Positions 1 to 9,788 are shown, counted from the stretch's first letter. The stretch is DNA of 47,232 nt from Candidatus Nanohaloarchaea archaeon (GCA_042217585.1 JBDGSJ010000008.1:1-47232); one strand, 5' to 3'. Notes: a model not told the origin generated them from the letters alone. Made by a program: numbers and translations.

Positions 1-581
1 TTCTTCTTGGTCTTTCCCTTCCCGTCGTTGCCGCGGAGCTGGGGGTCCGAGTGCGTCATGTAGATACCCCCGGACTCGTCCACGTAGACAGAGGTGTGGA
101 CGTAGAGGACCTCGACGTCCTCATCCAGCTTTTCCGTGTTGTTGCCGGTGATCCGGCCCTCGGACGGGTGGTAGAGCTCTTCCTGGAAGGTCAGGTCGTA
201 AAGCTCGCCTTCCGGGTGGTAGTCAAGCCCTCTACCGGTCTTCTCGTCGTTCAGGTACATCCTCCACTTCCTCATATCCTTCGGGTCCTCCTCGGGCTCC
301 AGTGATTTCTCCGTGAGAACTGCCTTGTGACCGATTTCCTGGCATTCTCCGTAGGGGCTCTCCGAGCTCAGCAGTTCCAGTCCCTCCCGGTCGATGGGAA
401 GGTCTATACCCTTCACACGTCCCGGATCGTTCATCTGGTTCAGGAAACGGTCCCTTCCACGGAATACGACCTTCCTGCCGGGCGCGTCGTCCTCGAAGAA
501 GAAAAGGTCCTCGTCCTCGAAATCGCCGACGGCGAAGTGGGGGACGGCTGAGAAATCTTTTCTTTCGACCCCCTGAGCCAT
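1..581 (-). CDS. Hypothetical acidic protein, runs off the left edge of the window
   Basis: Manual translation from ATG at 581 (MAQGVERKDFSAVPHFAVGDFEDEDLFFFEDD...) is open to position 1 with halophile-like composition. Absent from the ORF track because its stop lies outside the window. Confidence 0.75.
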   Translation of the reverse strand, partial: MAQGVERKDFSAVPHFAVGDFEDEDLFFFEDDAPGRKVVFRGRDRFLNQMNDPGRVKGIDLPIDREGLELLSSESPYGECQEIGHKAVLTEKSLEPEEDPKDMRKWRMYLNDEKTGRGLDYHPEGELYDLTFQEELYHPSEGRITGNNTEKLDEDVEVLYVHTSVYVDESGGIYMTHSDPQLRGNDGKGKTKK

Positions 582-665
582 CACGTAAACATTGTCGCTC
601 GCGGGTTAAAACCGTTTGGTTTTCCCATCAAAACTTTCAAAGGCGACGAGATATCTATTTGATAT

Positions 666-1982
666 ATGACTTCGGTGGGTACGGGCAGAGTGAAAAAAAG
701 TGATTTCGACGGGGAAGATGCAGGAAAAGAACTTGTTCACCGAGCGAAAAAGGACGCCGATGTCGAAGATCCTGACTTCGCGATGGTTTTCTGCTCCTTC
801 AGTTTCGACATCGAGAAGATGAGGAAGGCTCTCTCCGAAGAACTCGGTGACGCTCCTTGGATAGGAGCGACCACTAATGGAGAGATCTTGAACGAAGGAC
901 CGGGTAGGAAGACAGCGGTTATGATGGTGATAAGCTCTGAAAAGATGGATTTCGATTCTGGTATAGAGGAAGGTATATTCGACGATGCTGAGGGAGCGGG
1001 GAAACGGCTCGCGGATGAACTGGTCGACGACGAGTTCATCGATTCGGACAGGGACAAGTTGTTTTTGATGGTCAACAGTTACGATTCTTTCTACCCGGGA
1101 GCCGAGACAGAGATACTGGAGGGTGTCAGAGAAGTCATAGGTTCTGAGGCGCCGATAGTCGGCGGCGCGGCGGGGGATGACTTTAGCTTCAAGGGTTCCA
1201 AGGTCTTCAACGGCGAGAAAGTGACGTCCTCGGGAGTCGCCGCCGCCACTCTTGAGACTGACTACAGTATAGAGATGGACCAGAGAAACGGCGTGACCAG
1301 CCAGATAGCTACCGGCATGGTTACGGACTGCGGCCCTGGGGACGCTCGGTTAAACGAGATCGACGGAGTGCCGGCGCTAGAATGGTATGCGGAGAAGATA
1401 GAGGTCCCAAAGTGGAAGCTGAAACTACCGTTTTCCTACGGTGACTGGTTCCGGGATTTGAGAACCCTGCTGAAACTTACCCCCAAGATAATCCGCTATA
1501 TTCTGAGGGAGAGGGAGATGCCGAGGATGGCAAGGCGAGGAGTGAACTACGCCATGAACTACCCGTTCGTGGACGGCCTCACACCCGCTGAAAACAGGGT
1601 GAGGATACCTCTCGATATTAGGGGAAATTCGATAATCTTCTACAGACCTCCGATATACGAGAACATGGAGATCGGAGTCGGCGTGAGTTCGACTGCCTCC
1701 TGTATGGAATGTGCTAAAAGCCTGTTCGATGAAAGCACCGGCGAAACCGTCTTTGGTTTCGTTTCGGACTGCGCCCTCAGGAACTTTCTGCTTGAAAAAG
1801 GAGATATAGGTTTCGAACAGTCGGACCAGTCAGGTAAAGAGGTCGAAAACCTAAACAAAGCTATCGGAGGGCCTTTCATCGGCTTTTACACTTATGGAGA
1901 GCTTGGAGGGAAGGACAAGTACAACTGCAACTTCAAAACGTATACTTTGACAAGCTTCGTGGTGAAGAAAGATGACGAGTAA
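666..1982 (+). CDS. FIST-domain sensory protein (FIST_N + FIST_C)
   Basis: FIST motifs: 'FAMVFCS', 'IGATTNGEI', 'IVGGAAGDD', 'LNEIDGVPALEWY', 'SDCALR', 'GFYTYGELG'. Confidence 0.88.
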   Translation: MTSVGTGRVKKSDFDGEDAGKELVHRAKKDADVEDPDFAMVFCSFSFDIEKMRKALSEELGDAPWIGATTNGEILNEGPGRKTAVMMVISSEKMDFDSGIEEGIFDDAEGAGKRLADELVDDEFIDSDRDKLFLMVNSYDSFYPGAETEILEGVREVIGSEAPIVGGAAGDDFSFKGSKVFNGEKVTSSGVAAATLETDYSIEMDQRNGVTSQIATGMVTDCGPGDARLNEIDGVPALEWYAEKIEVPKWKLKLPFSYGDWFRDLRTLLKLTPKIIRYILREREMPRMARRGVNYAMNYPFVDGLTPAENRVRIPLDIRGNSIIFYRPPIYENMEIGVGVSSTASCMECAKSLFDESTGETVFGFVSDCALRNFLLEKGDIGFEQSDQSGKEVENLNKAIGGPFIGFYTYGELGGKDKYNCNFKTYTLTSFVVKKDDE

Positions 1983-2337
1983 AGAGGAGAAACTTGAAGA
2001 ATCGCTGGACGAACTGGATGATGTTCAGGGTGTCAAGGGTGCTGCCGTGGTCCGGAGGGACGGTTTACTGATCGCTTCCAACTTGAAGCAGGAGATAGAC
2101 GATGATCAGGTCGGAGCGATGACCGCCTCCACTGTCGGCTCAGGTGAGACCGCTTCCGGAGCCCTCAACATGGGAGATGTCGAGCAGGTGACGGTCGAGA
2201 GTGAAGAAGGTAAACTGGTCTCGACGGGAGCTGGGGAACAGGCGATCCTGAGCGTCCTCGCCAAGGAAGACGTTAACATGGGTCTCGTGAAGGTAGAGAT
2301 GGAGGGCGCAGTGGAAAAGATAGACCGGGTTCTCTGA
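1972..2337 (+). CDS. Roadblock/LC7 (MglB-like) domain protein
   Basis: 'GVKGAAVVRRDGLLIAS...GAMTAS...LNMGDVEQVTVESEEG...NMGLV' matches the roadblock pattern; overlaps the FIST stop by 11 bp. Confidence 0.9.
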   Translation: MTSKEEKLEESLDELDDVQGVKGAAVVRRDGLLIASNLKQEIDDDQVGAMTASTVGSGETASGALNMGDVEQVTVESEEGKLVSTGAGEQAILSVLAKEDVNMGLVKVEMEGAVEKIDRVL

Positions 2338-3279
2338 TCACTCCCCCACTATTCCCTCGTCCTTGACCTTGAAGACCGCCTCGCCCTCGGGCATGTAGGG
2401 GGAGTCGACGAGTCTTGCGATCCTCTTGTCCTTCTTGGACTTCCTCAGGTAGATCCTGATGGCGGAGTTGTGGGCCACGATGTGGCCTCCGATCGCCTTC
2501 GTGGGGTCCCCGAACATCTGGTCCGGGTTGGACATGACCTGGTTCGTGACCAGGACCGCGGCGTTGTGGGAGTTCGCCAGCCTCAGCAGCTTGTTCATGT
2601 GCTTGTTGAGCTTCTGCTGTCTCTTTGCGAGTTCTCCACGGCCGACGTAGTCGGACCTGAACTGTGAGGTCAGGGAGTCGACCACGATCAGACCTATGTC
2701 GTTTTCCTGGCAGATGCTCTGCGCCTCCTCCGCGAGAAGCATCTGGTGGTCCGAGTTGAACGCCCGTGCGACGTGGATGTTCTCCAGCGCCTCATCAACG
2801 TCCATCCCCCGGGCTTCGGCCATCTGCTCTATCCTGTCGGGTATGAAGGTGTCCTCGGTGTCGATGTAGACCGCTCCCTTGTCCAGACCTCCTTCTCCCT
2901 CCGGTAGCTGGACGTTCACGGCAAGCTGGTGTGCTATCTGTGTCTTAGCCGATCCGTACTCTCCGTAGACCTCTGTTATGGCCTGAGTCTCGATTCCTCC
3001 TCCGATTATTTCGTCGAAGTCTTCGCAGCCGGTGGTTATCCGGCCCATGTTCTCTCTTGTCTCGTACTTGTCCTTGGCGCTCTCGAATCCAAGGTCCAGC
3101 TGCTGTCTCGCCGATGTTATTATCCCCTGCGCCTTCTTCTCGCCGAGGTCCGCCACTTCCGCGAGCTCTCCGGCGCTCATCGTCGCTATGGACATCAGTT
3201 CGTCGTATCCTGCGTCCCTCAGCTTTTCGGCTGTTTTTCCTCCCACGCCCTTGATGTCCTCGAGTTCTTTCTCAGACAT
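2338..3279 (-). CDS. radA: DNA repair and recombination protein RadA
   Basis: N-terminal HhH '[12 protein letters not shown]', Walker A 'GEYGSAKT', 'YIDTEDTF', '[10 protein letters not shown]', '[12 protein letters not shown]', 'RIARLVDSP'. Confidence 0.97.
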   Translation of the reverse strand: MSEKELEDIKGVGGKTAEKLRDAGYDELMSIATMSAGELAEVADLGEKKAQGIITSARQQLDLGFESAKDKYETRENMGRITTGCEDFDEIIGGGIETQAITEVYGEYGSAKTQIAHQLAVNVQLPEGEGGLDKGAVYIDTEDTFIPDRIEQMAEARGMDVDEALENIHVARAFNSDHQMLLAEEAQSICQENDIGLIVVDSLTSQFRSDYVGRGELAKRQQKLNKHMNKLLRLANSHNAAVLVTNQVMSNPDQMFGDPTKAIGGHIVAHNSAIRIYLRKSKKDKRIARLVDSPYMPEGEAVFKVKDEGIVGE

Positions 3280-3283
3280 TTTA

Positions 3284-4276
3284 TCATACCTCCATTATCT
3301 CGAGCAGGTCCTCGATCTGGTCCTCGACCTCGACCCTCTCGAGTTCGTTGCATATCATCTCTATCCTTCCGAAGTAGTCGTTGTACCGGGTCCTTCCCTC
3401 TATCTCCAGTTCCTGTCCCAGCGCTTCCTCCGCGGCCTTCTCTATACCGTCCTGGTCGCCCTCCTCGACGACCTCCTCGTCTATATCGAGTATGTCGCGT
3501 GCCTGCGGTCCGAAGAAAACTATCCTTATGTTGCCGGTCCCGTCGTCCAGCACTCCTGATATCGCGAGCCTGTTCTCAGGGTCCTCGACCTCCTTGCCCT
3601 CGTCGGTGAGGTAGTCTCCTTCCTCGGATTTCCTGACGGTCGCACCGGTCTCCGGGTCGACCTTGTAGAACGGGTTGTTGGTGTACACCGCCATCAGCAT
3701 TCCCTGGACTCTGTAGGTAGTGTTCTCGCTGACGACCTCTCTTATGTCGACCTCGTCGGGCTCGAAGCTCTCCACGCTGGCGACGTCGTCCTCGTCGGCC
3801 ATCTTGACCTGCGCCTCGTCGCCGAGCCTGAGCTCCGCGTTGCCCTGGTTGTCCTCTATGGAGTACGCGCCAGCGATCTCTATAGCGTCTCCCTCATCGA
3901 TCTTCTCCGCGATCTCGGTCTGTTCGTCCCAGAGGGTGACTCTTATCGTCCCTGATTCGTCCCCAAGGACGATGTTCTGGACCTTTCCCTCCTCGTCTTC
4001 ATCGTCCCTCTCGAAGGTGTTCGCGTCCATTATGTTGACTACGCGGGCCTTCAGGTGGACCTTCCGCATATCGGGAACTATGTTCTCTATCTGCAGGTCC
4101 TCGGCCTCTGATTCCGAGATCTGGACGCCGTGCTCCTTCGCGACGAGGTGGACCGCTCCCTCCTCGGAGACCAGTCCCTCGAACTCGTCCATCTTTTCCT
4201 CTACCTTGTCCCTAACGTCTTCTTCCTCGAGTTCGGATTCCTCGACGATCTTCTCGATTATGTCGTCGGCGTCCAT
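3284..4276 (-). CDS. rpa: Replication protein A (OB-fold ssDNA-binding protein)
   Basis: N-terminal '[18 protein letters not shown]', OB folds '[15 protein letters not shown]' and '[14 protein letters not shown]'. Start moved to ATG 4276; ends 4 bp before radA. Confidence 0.85.
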   Translation of the reverse strand: MDADDIIEKIVEESELEEEDVRDKVEEKMDEFEGLVSEEGAVHLVAKEHGVQISESEAEDLQIENIVPDMRKVHLKARVVNIMDANTFERDDEDEEGKVQNIVLGDESGTIRVTLWDEQTEIAEKIDEGDAIEIAGAYSIEDNQGNAELRLGDEAQVKMADEDDVASVESFEPDEVDIREVVSENTTYRVQGMLMAVYTNNPFYKVDPETGATVRKSEEGDYLTDEGKEVEDPENRLAISGVLDDGTGNIRIVFFGPQARDILDIDEEVVEEGDQDGIEKAAEEALGQELEIEGRTRYNDYFGRIEMICNELERVEVEDQIEDLLEIMEV

Positions 4277-4370
4277 AAGAAAGAACTGGCTGGAAGACTT
4301 AAATCCTCTTTCATTTGGGTCTTTACCGCATTTCGGCGAGGTCCCTGGCGGCTGCAAAAAAATTGAAGAG

Positions 4371-4571
4371 CTATTTCAGGGCTTCTTCTATATCCTCTGC
4401 TCTCACTGTCTTTCTGCCGGCCTCTTCCGCCACGGCAACCGCCTCTTCGGCTACATCGCCGGCGAATATCTCCAGTATGTTGCCCAGAGACTCGGCGCTG
4501 TCCTCTGATACTCTTTTTTCTCCTTCCTGTTTTATCATGCTCTTCATTTTGGAGATGGAGAATTCATCCAT
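4371..4571 (-). CDS. Archaeal histone (divergent, acidic paralog)
   Basis: Histone fold 'RVSEDSAESL...AGRKTVRAEDIEEA'; GGTGA RBS upstream of ATG 4571; T-run downstream. Confidence 0.88.
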   Translation of the reverse strand: MDEFSISKMKSMIKQEGEKRVSEDSAESLGNILEIFAGDVAEEAVAVAEEAGRKTVRAEDIEEALK

Positions 4572-4660
4572 TCTGATCACCACTTACAATATTGGGTCGA
4601 ATACATTTAAATGGAGAGTTTGAGCGGCATCTTTTAACGTTCCAGTGCCTTACTGTATAC

Positions 4661-5614
4661 ATGACAGAACTCGAAGAGGGAGCGGATACCATCGTGGACC
4701 AGTGCCTGAAAATCCAGGAAGACGAGGACGTGGTGATAGTGACCGATGGGGTCGATAGAGGGATCACTGAAGCCCTCCGGTCGGTCCTGGACCGGAAGGA
4801 CCTCGAGAACGAGCTCCTGGAGTACGAGGAGGTGGAAAACCACGGCGAGGAGCCTCCGGAACACGTTGCGGAGAGGATGAAGGAAGCGGATGTCGTGATA
4901 GCGCCGACGAACAAGTCGCTGTCCCATACCCACGCCCGCGGAGATGCGAACGAGGCAGGGACCCGTGTCGCGTCGATGCCGACCATAACGCGTGAGATAT
5001 GGGGGAGCTCCCTCCAGGCGGACTACCACAGGATAGAGGAGATCACTGAGAAGGCCCACGGGAAACTGGCGGAGACGGACGAGGTCCGGGTGAAGACGCC
5101 TTCCGGGACCGATCTCACTCTGAGGATTGAACCAGAGCACCTCGAGCTGGACACCGGCCTGATCCATGAACCCGGCGACTTCGGGAATCTGCCCGCGGGA
5201 GAGACCTTCGGACCGGCGATAGCGGTCAACGGGACTCTGGTGATAGACCACACCCCGATCGTCGACGGCGCGGAGGGCATCGAGATAGAGATAGAGGACA
5301 GCGAGGTTGTGGCGGTCCGGGGACCGGAGACGGAGCTACAGAGGACGTTCGAGGAGGTCGAGAACGCAAGGAAGCTGGCGGAGTTCGGCTTCGGGACCAA
5401 CCCTGAGGCGCACCTGATCGGCAACGTCCTGCAGGACGAGAAATCCCTGGGGACGGTCCACTTCGCCTTCGGCGACAACACGTTCTTCATCCCTGAGGGA
5501 CACGAGTACCACAGCGAGTCGGAGGTCCACTGGGACTTCGTCTCCGAGAACCCGACGGTCTGGTTCGACGACGAGAAAGTCCTTGATGAGGGCGAGCCGG
5601 TCTTCCTCGAGTGA
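4661..5614 (+). CDS. M29-family (aminopeptidase T-like) metallopeptidase
   Basis: 'SLSHTHAR', 'GTDL', 'GNLPAGE', 'AEFGFGTNP', 'DEKSLGTVHFAFGDN', 'HWD'. Start set at ATG 4661. Confidence 0.88.
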   Translation: MTELEEGADTIVDQCLKIQEDEDVVIVTDGVDRGITEALRSVLDRKDLENELLEYEEVENHGEEPPEHVAERMKEADVVIAPTNKSLSHTHARGDANEAGTRVASMPTITREIWGSSLQADYHRIEEITEKAHGKLAETDEVRVKTPSGTDLTLRIEPEHLELDTGLIHEPGDFGNLPAGETFGPAIAVNGTLVIDHTPIVDGAEGIEIEIEDSEVVAVRGPETELQRTFEEVENARKLAEFGFGTNPEAHLIGNVLQDEKSLGTVHFAFGDNTFFIPEGHEYHSESEVHWDFVSENPTVWFDDEKVLDEGEPVFLE

Positions 5615-5622
5615 CCGGTTCC

Positions 5623-6633
5623 TCATCCCATCGCTTCTTTCTTCTGCCTGATGGCGGACAGGTCCGCACCGAGTACAGCACCGGCGACACCGTATACCAC
5701 GCCCACGGCGGGAGAGACCCCGAGCCCGAGCGCAAGCCCCACCGCCGAACCGCCGAACATCGAATGAGTCATCCTGTCCTGGTCGTACTTCCTCAGGCGT
5801 CCGACACCCCGGTCTCTCTTGCGGTCCCATGCCTCCGGGACCGGCATGTCAGCCCATCCGATCCGGCCGAACGCGCGGTCCATCCTTCTCTGCATCTTCC
5901 GGGCGTGCTCTTCTACCCTATCCGTCCTGATGTCGGAGAAATCCACATCGTAGACCGGTTCGATCCCCTCTTCCTCCAGCGATTCAAGTTCTCCGGGCTT
6001 CTCCACCTTCATCTCGTCCTCGTCCCCGTCCAGCGCGTGGAAGACGGAGTCGGAGAAAAGCCTAATCTCGTCCCCTGAATCCTCGTAGACCACGGTCTCA
6101 CGTGACCCGTCCACGTCCATCACGGCGACCCCGTGGTCCTCGCCGTACTCCTCGAGCTCTCCGTCCAGCGCGGACCTGTAGAGCTCATCCATCACGGGGT
6201 TCTCGCCGAGGTTGAAATCGATCTGCGCGTCGTGGACCGCCTTCAGAGCCTTCTTCTCGTCCTGGTTGAAGTACCGGTCGGATTCACGGAGTTCGCGGGC
6301 CTGCATCCATCTCATGGTCTCGGAGTAAAGGTTCCCCGCCATCGCTCTCTCCGTGTCGTCGAGCTCTCTCCAGTCCTTACCCTCCAGCGGTCCGGAGCCG
6401 AGGAACAGCTCCCGGTCCAGGACTATCTCGTCGGACTCGCTGACCTGCTCACGTTCGCCGTCCTTCACGTAGGAGGTCCTGCGCCGGAACGAGTTCCGCT
6501 CTCCCAGCCCCGTGACCGGCATCGTGCCGGTTAAAAGCTCTATGGCTCTTTCTGCTTCCACGTTTGCGGCGTAGTTCTCCAGCGAGAGCTGTTCGTTCTC
6601 GCCCGGTGTGTCAACGACCTCCCTATCCATCAT
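5623..6633 (-). CDS. Hypothetical acidic protein with a C-terminal Gly-rich hydrophobic segment
   Basis: 336-aa ORF with genome-typical composition; C-terminal 'GGSAVGLALGLGVSPAVGVVYGVAGAVLG'. Confidence 0.75.
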   Translation of the reverse strand: MMDREVVDTPGENEQLSLENYAANVEAERAIELLTGTMPVTGLGERNSFRRRTSYVKDGEREQVSESDEIVLDRELFLGSGPLEGKDWRELDDTERAMAGNLYSETMRWMQARELRESDRYFNQDEKKALKAVHDAQIDFNLGENPVMDELYRSALDGELEEYGEDHGVAVMDVDGSRETVVYEDSGDEIRLFSDSVFHALDGDEDEMKVEKPGELESLEEEGIEPVYDVDFSDIRTDRVEEHARKMQRRMDRAFGRIGWADMPVPEAWDRKRDRGVGRLRKYDQDRMTHSMFGGSAVGLALGLGVSPAVGVVYGVAGAVLGADLSAIRQKKEAMG

Positions 6634-6696
6634 AGGTCTGTTATAACCACGAGGTGTTAAAAGATTTGCGTGACGGTGGGTTTCCAGGTGTTGTCC

Positions 6697-6981
6697 ATGG
6701 GAATCGGAGATGATCTGAGGGACAGGCTTTCTGAAGAGGTCGAAGGAGACGAAATCAGGTACGGAACAGGCGCCAGCTTCAACGACGCCCTTGAGGAGGC
6801 CGAGAGGAAGCTCCCCGAAGGCGTGGGGACCAAGGACGCCGACCAGGCAAAGGCAAGGAGCGGTGACGAAAAGATAGTCGCACTCGGATACGAGGACCCC
6901 AACAGCGGTGTATCCGGTGGCGGCGCCTACGAGCCGGCAGGACTCTCAGAGGAGTCCCTGGAGCCTGACCCCGAGTTCTGA
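6697..6981 (+). CDS. Small acidic hypothetical protein
   Basis: ATG 6697 preceded by AGGTG; ends 2 bp before the next gene. Confidence 0.65.
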   Translation: MGIGDDLRDRLSEEVEGDEIRYGTGASFNDALEEAERKLPEGVGTKDADQAKARSGDEKIVALGYEDPNSGVSGGGAYEPAGLSEESLEPDPEF

Positions 6982-6983
6982 AT

Positions 6984-9749
6984 ATGCTGCCGGAAGAGAG
7001 CCTTGAGAGAGCCCGGGAGGAGACCGCGGACTGGGAGGAAGAGATAGAGGAGAAGATATACGCACGCGGCAAGCAGATAGAGTACGGGTACGGCGGCGCA
7101 CTCGAGAGCGACCGCACCCTCAGACTGCCGCACGAGATAGATGACCAGTCCAACTGCCACGAGCAGGGTCTCTTCATCTACTCCCTCGCCAAAGCCGCGG
7201 GGAAGGACCCGAGGTTCCTCAGGCTCCAGCAGTCAGGCACCTGGCACGCCGCAGTTGACGTCGAATCAGGGGACGGAAGAGTCCTCATCGACCCCTACGC
7301 CGATACCTTCGGACCCGTAAAGTACGAGGACCAGAGGATAGAGGTCGAGGACAACGACCTCACCGCCAGGACGGAGAGATCGTTCCGCAAGGTCAAACAG
7401 CTGTCAGAGGAGGAGTTCATGGAGGAGGCCGAGGTCCTGAGGCAGGACCTCGTATCCATGATAGAGGACGGGCAGAGGATCAACGCCGACCTCGACATCT
7501 CAGAAGACGTTCTAAGGACCTCGGACATGGTGAAGATAAACGACGAGGAGAGGGCGCTGGAGAGGACCGTCAAGGCCGACATACTCGCAGGTTACCGGGA
7601 CCCCAACGCCAAGGTCCTGAGACCCTTCGACGAGGAAGGAGGACTGGAGGGGAGGACCGAGGTCTTCCTCGATGTCACGGGGAGCGACTGGGCCCACACC
7701 TACGGCGAGGCGGTCCTCGCGAAGAGAAAGGACGGAGAGCTCGAGGTTAACGACTCCCTCGGATCCCCCGCCAGGGAGAACATGGCGAAGAGGATGAAGT
7801 ACAGGGAACTCCGGGACGGCTCGAAATTCCTGTACGACAGGGAGGAAAGAGAGGAGTTCATACAGCGGAAAAGAGAAGAGACCAGGGACCTGAAGGAAGG
7901 TCCGCCCGCGCTCCACGACTACGTCATCGAGAGACTGTTCTACGGGAGCGTTTTGAGCGAGGCCCGGGAGGAGGACGTCGAGAGAGAAAGACAGAGGAGG
8001 CTCGACTGGCTGAAATTCCTGGAAGAGCACGAGGTCGAGGTCCCGGACCAGGAGGAGGCCGCCGAGAAAGTGCCCGAGTACATACAGATACACGAGGAGA
8101 TGCTGGAAGAGGCCTCCGGCTCCGGGGAAGAGCTGGAGAAGATGGAGGAGGACCTCGAGGGAGGTCTCGAGGCACGCAAAGAGTACGAGGTGGAGGAGGT
8201 CCTCGGCGAGATAGAGGAGGCAGGCCTCTCAGAGACCTACGACGAGATGGCGGACTGCTTCAGGGAGCTCTACGAAGCGGATGAACTGGAAAGAGAGGAC
8301 GTCAGGGAGCTGGACCGGTACGGCGCACTCCTGCTGGTCGAGGACGGGATGATGGACCGGTTCGACGCACTCCTCTGCGACCTCCAGTCAGAGAGGGACG
8401 GGGAGATAGCAGAGTTCATAGGCGACTACAGGGAGGCGACCCGTCAGACCATGAGGGAGGTCCGGTCCCAGAAAGCCCAGGCCTTCATCTACGAGTGGGA
8501 GTTCAGCGAGGAGGAAGACGAACTCAGGTTCGAGATGAAGAACACGGACAACATGCTTTCACCCCACGACAGCCACGTGGTGGCCGCCTTCGAGCTCGAT
8601 GAGCTGGGACGGCTCGAGGGAAGAAGGATGGAGGCCTTCGACACGATGGAGGGAGTGGACGAGAAGTACACCTTCCTCGAAACCGAGGTCGAGGACTTCC
8701 AGGGTATCGATCTCGAGATGTTCCAGGACATGGCGATGGAGAACATGGAAGAGGTGCTGGACAGGAAGAACCTCGTCGCCCCGGAACCCCACACCGACAG
8801 GGACCTCCTCGACAAGAACCTCGAGTACCTCGCGCTCTCGCCGACCGCGGAACTGGTCCAGAGACACCAGTCAGGCAACCTGGAGGAACTCCCCGATGAA
8901 CTCCCGATATACTTCACCGAGGAAGACCTTGAGGATTTCCACGAAAAGATGGTGAGACAGGAGGAGTGGATAAGGGACTCCGAGTTCCTGAGACCGGCGT
9001 GGAGAGAGAAAGCCAGGAAAACCCTCGAGAACTTCGGGGAGATAGAGGAGGGGTCCAGGGAATGGTACCTCGCCCTCGAACAGAACAGGATAATGGGTAT
9101 GCACCTCAACGGCCAGAAGGACGAGGTCAGGGACCTCGCCCGCGAAAGGTACGGCTCAAAGGAGGAGATGTACCGGGAGTACATGACCCGGCACCACGGA
9201 CTCCTGAGGACAGGCCTCCAGAACGGCGACGGACCCGCGATAGCCAGCGCGATGCTCAACCGGGTCAGGGAGGGAAAGAAGATGAAGATCCCCGACCGGG
9301 ACAGGGTCAGGGAGTTCGCGGAGGAGAACGACTTCACCGAGATACTCGAACTGGACCGCGCCATCAGCGAGGGAGACCAGGAGGAGGCACTGGATAAACT
9401 CTCACATCTGGACCGGATGGAGGAGAGGATACAGGACGACTACCAGAGGAAGGCACTCAGGGACTCCATGAAACACTTCAGGCAGAGGATACTGAGAGGG
9501 GGGTCCGTGGAAACGGACCTCTCACCCTCGACAGGGATGGGGGAAGAGCCGGAGAAAGGTGTGGACGTGACAGCGCAGGGGGACGGGAACCAGATGCCCG
9601 AACCCGTGGACCTCAGCGATCTCTTCAGCCCTCCAGCCACCGCGGACAACTCACATGAACTCCAGGACTCGGAACTGGTGGAGAAGCTGAAGGAGGCCGC
9701 CGAACACCTGGACTCGTACCGCCACCTCGGCGACCTCTCCAGGGAATGA
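6984..9749 (+). CDS. 921-aa protein with an N-terminal transglutaminase-like (Cys-His-Asp) domain
   Basis: 'SNCHEQGLFIYSLAKAAG...WHAAVDV...LIDPY' has the C/H/D order and spacing of the transglutaminase-like superfamily; the remainder is acidic and helical. Confidence 0.75.
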   Translation: MLPEESLERAREETADWEEEIEEKIYARGKQIEYGYGGALESDRTLRLPHEIDDQSNCHEQGLFIYSLAKAAGKDPRFLRLQQSGTWHAAVDVESGDGRVLIDPYADTFGPVKYEDQRIEVEDNDLTARTERSFRKVKQLSEEEFMEEAEVLRQDLVSMIEDGQRINADLDISEDVLRTSDMVKINDEERALERTVKADILAGYRDPNAKVLRPFDEEGGLEGRTEVFLDVTGSDWAHTYGEAVLAKRKDGELEVNDSLGSPARENMAKRMKYRELRDGSKFLYDREEREEFIQRKREETRDLKEGPPALHDYVIERLFYGSVLSEAREEDVERERQRRLDWLKFLEEHEVEVPDQEEAAEKVPEYIQIHEEMLEEASGSGEELEKMEEDLEGGLEARKEYEVEEVLGEIEEAGLSETYDEMADCFRELYEADELEREDVRELDRYGALLLVEDGMMDRFDALLCDLQSERDGEIAEFIGDYREATRQTMREVRSQKAQAFIYEWEFSEEEDELRFEMKNTDNMLSPHDSHVVAAFELDELGRLEGRRMEAFDTMEGVDEKYTFLETEVEDFQGIDLEMFQDMAMENMEEVLDRKNLVAPEPHTDRDLLDKNLEYLALSPTAELVQRHQSGNLEELPDELPIYFTEEDLEDFHEKMVRQEEWIRDSEFLRPAWREKARKTLENFGEIEEGSREWYLALEQNRIMGMHLNGQKDEVRDLARERYGSKEEMYREYMTRHHGLLRTGLQNGDGPAIASAMLNRVREGKKMKIPDRDRVREFAEENDFTEILELDRAISEGDQEEALDKLSHLDRMEERIQDDYQRKALRDSMKHFRQRILRGGSVETDLSPSTGMGEEPEKGVDVTAQGDGNQMPEPVDLSDLFSPPATADNSHELQDSELVEKLKEAAEHLDSYRHLGDLSRE

Positions 9750-9788
9750 CAGAAAATTCTCGATACCGTACCTCTGAGACTCACACAG

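Noticed and set aside
4277..4357. N-terminal extensions in the ORF track (RPA, aminopeptidase, dnaJ, grpE, polB, lpdA, radB and others)
   Set aside because: They cross promoter-like AT-rich tracts or neighbouring genes and lack the acidic composition; downstream starts fit the family N-termini.
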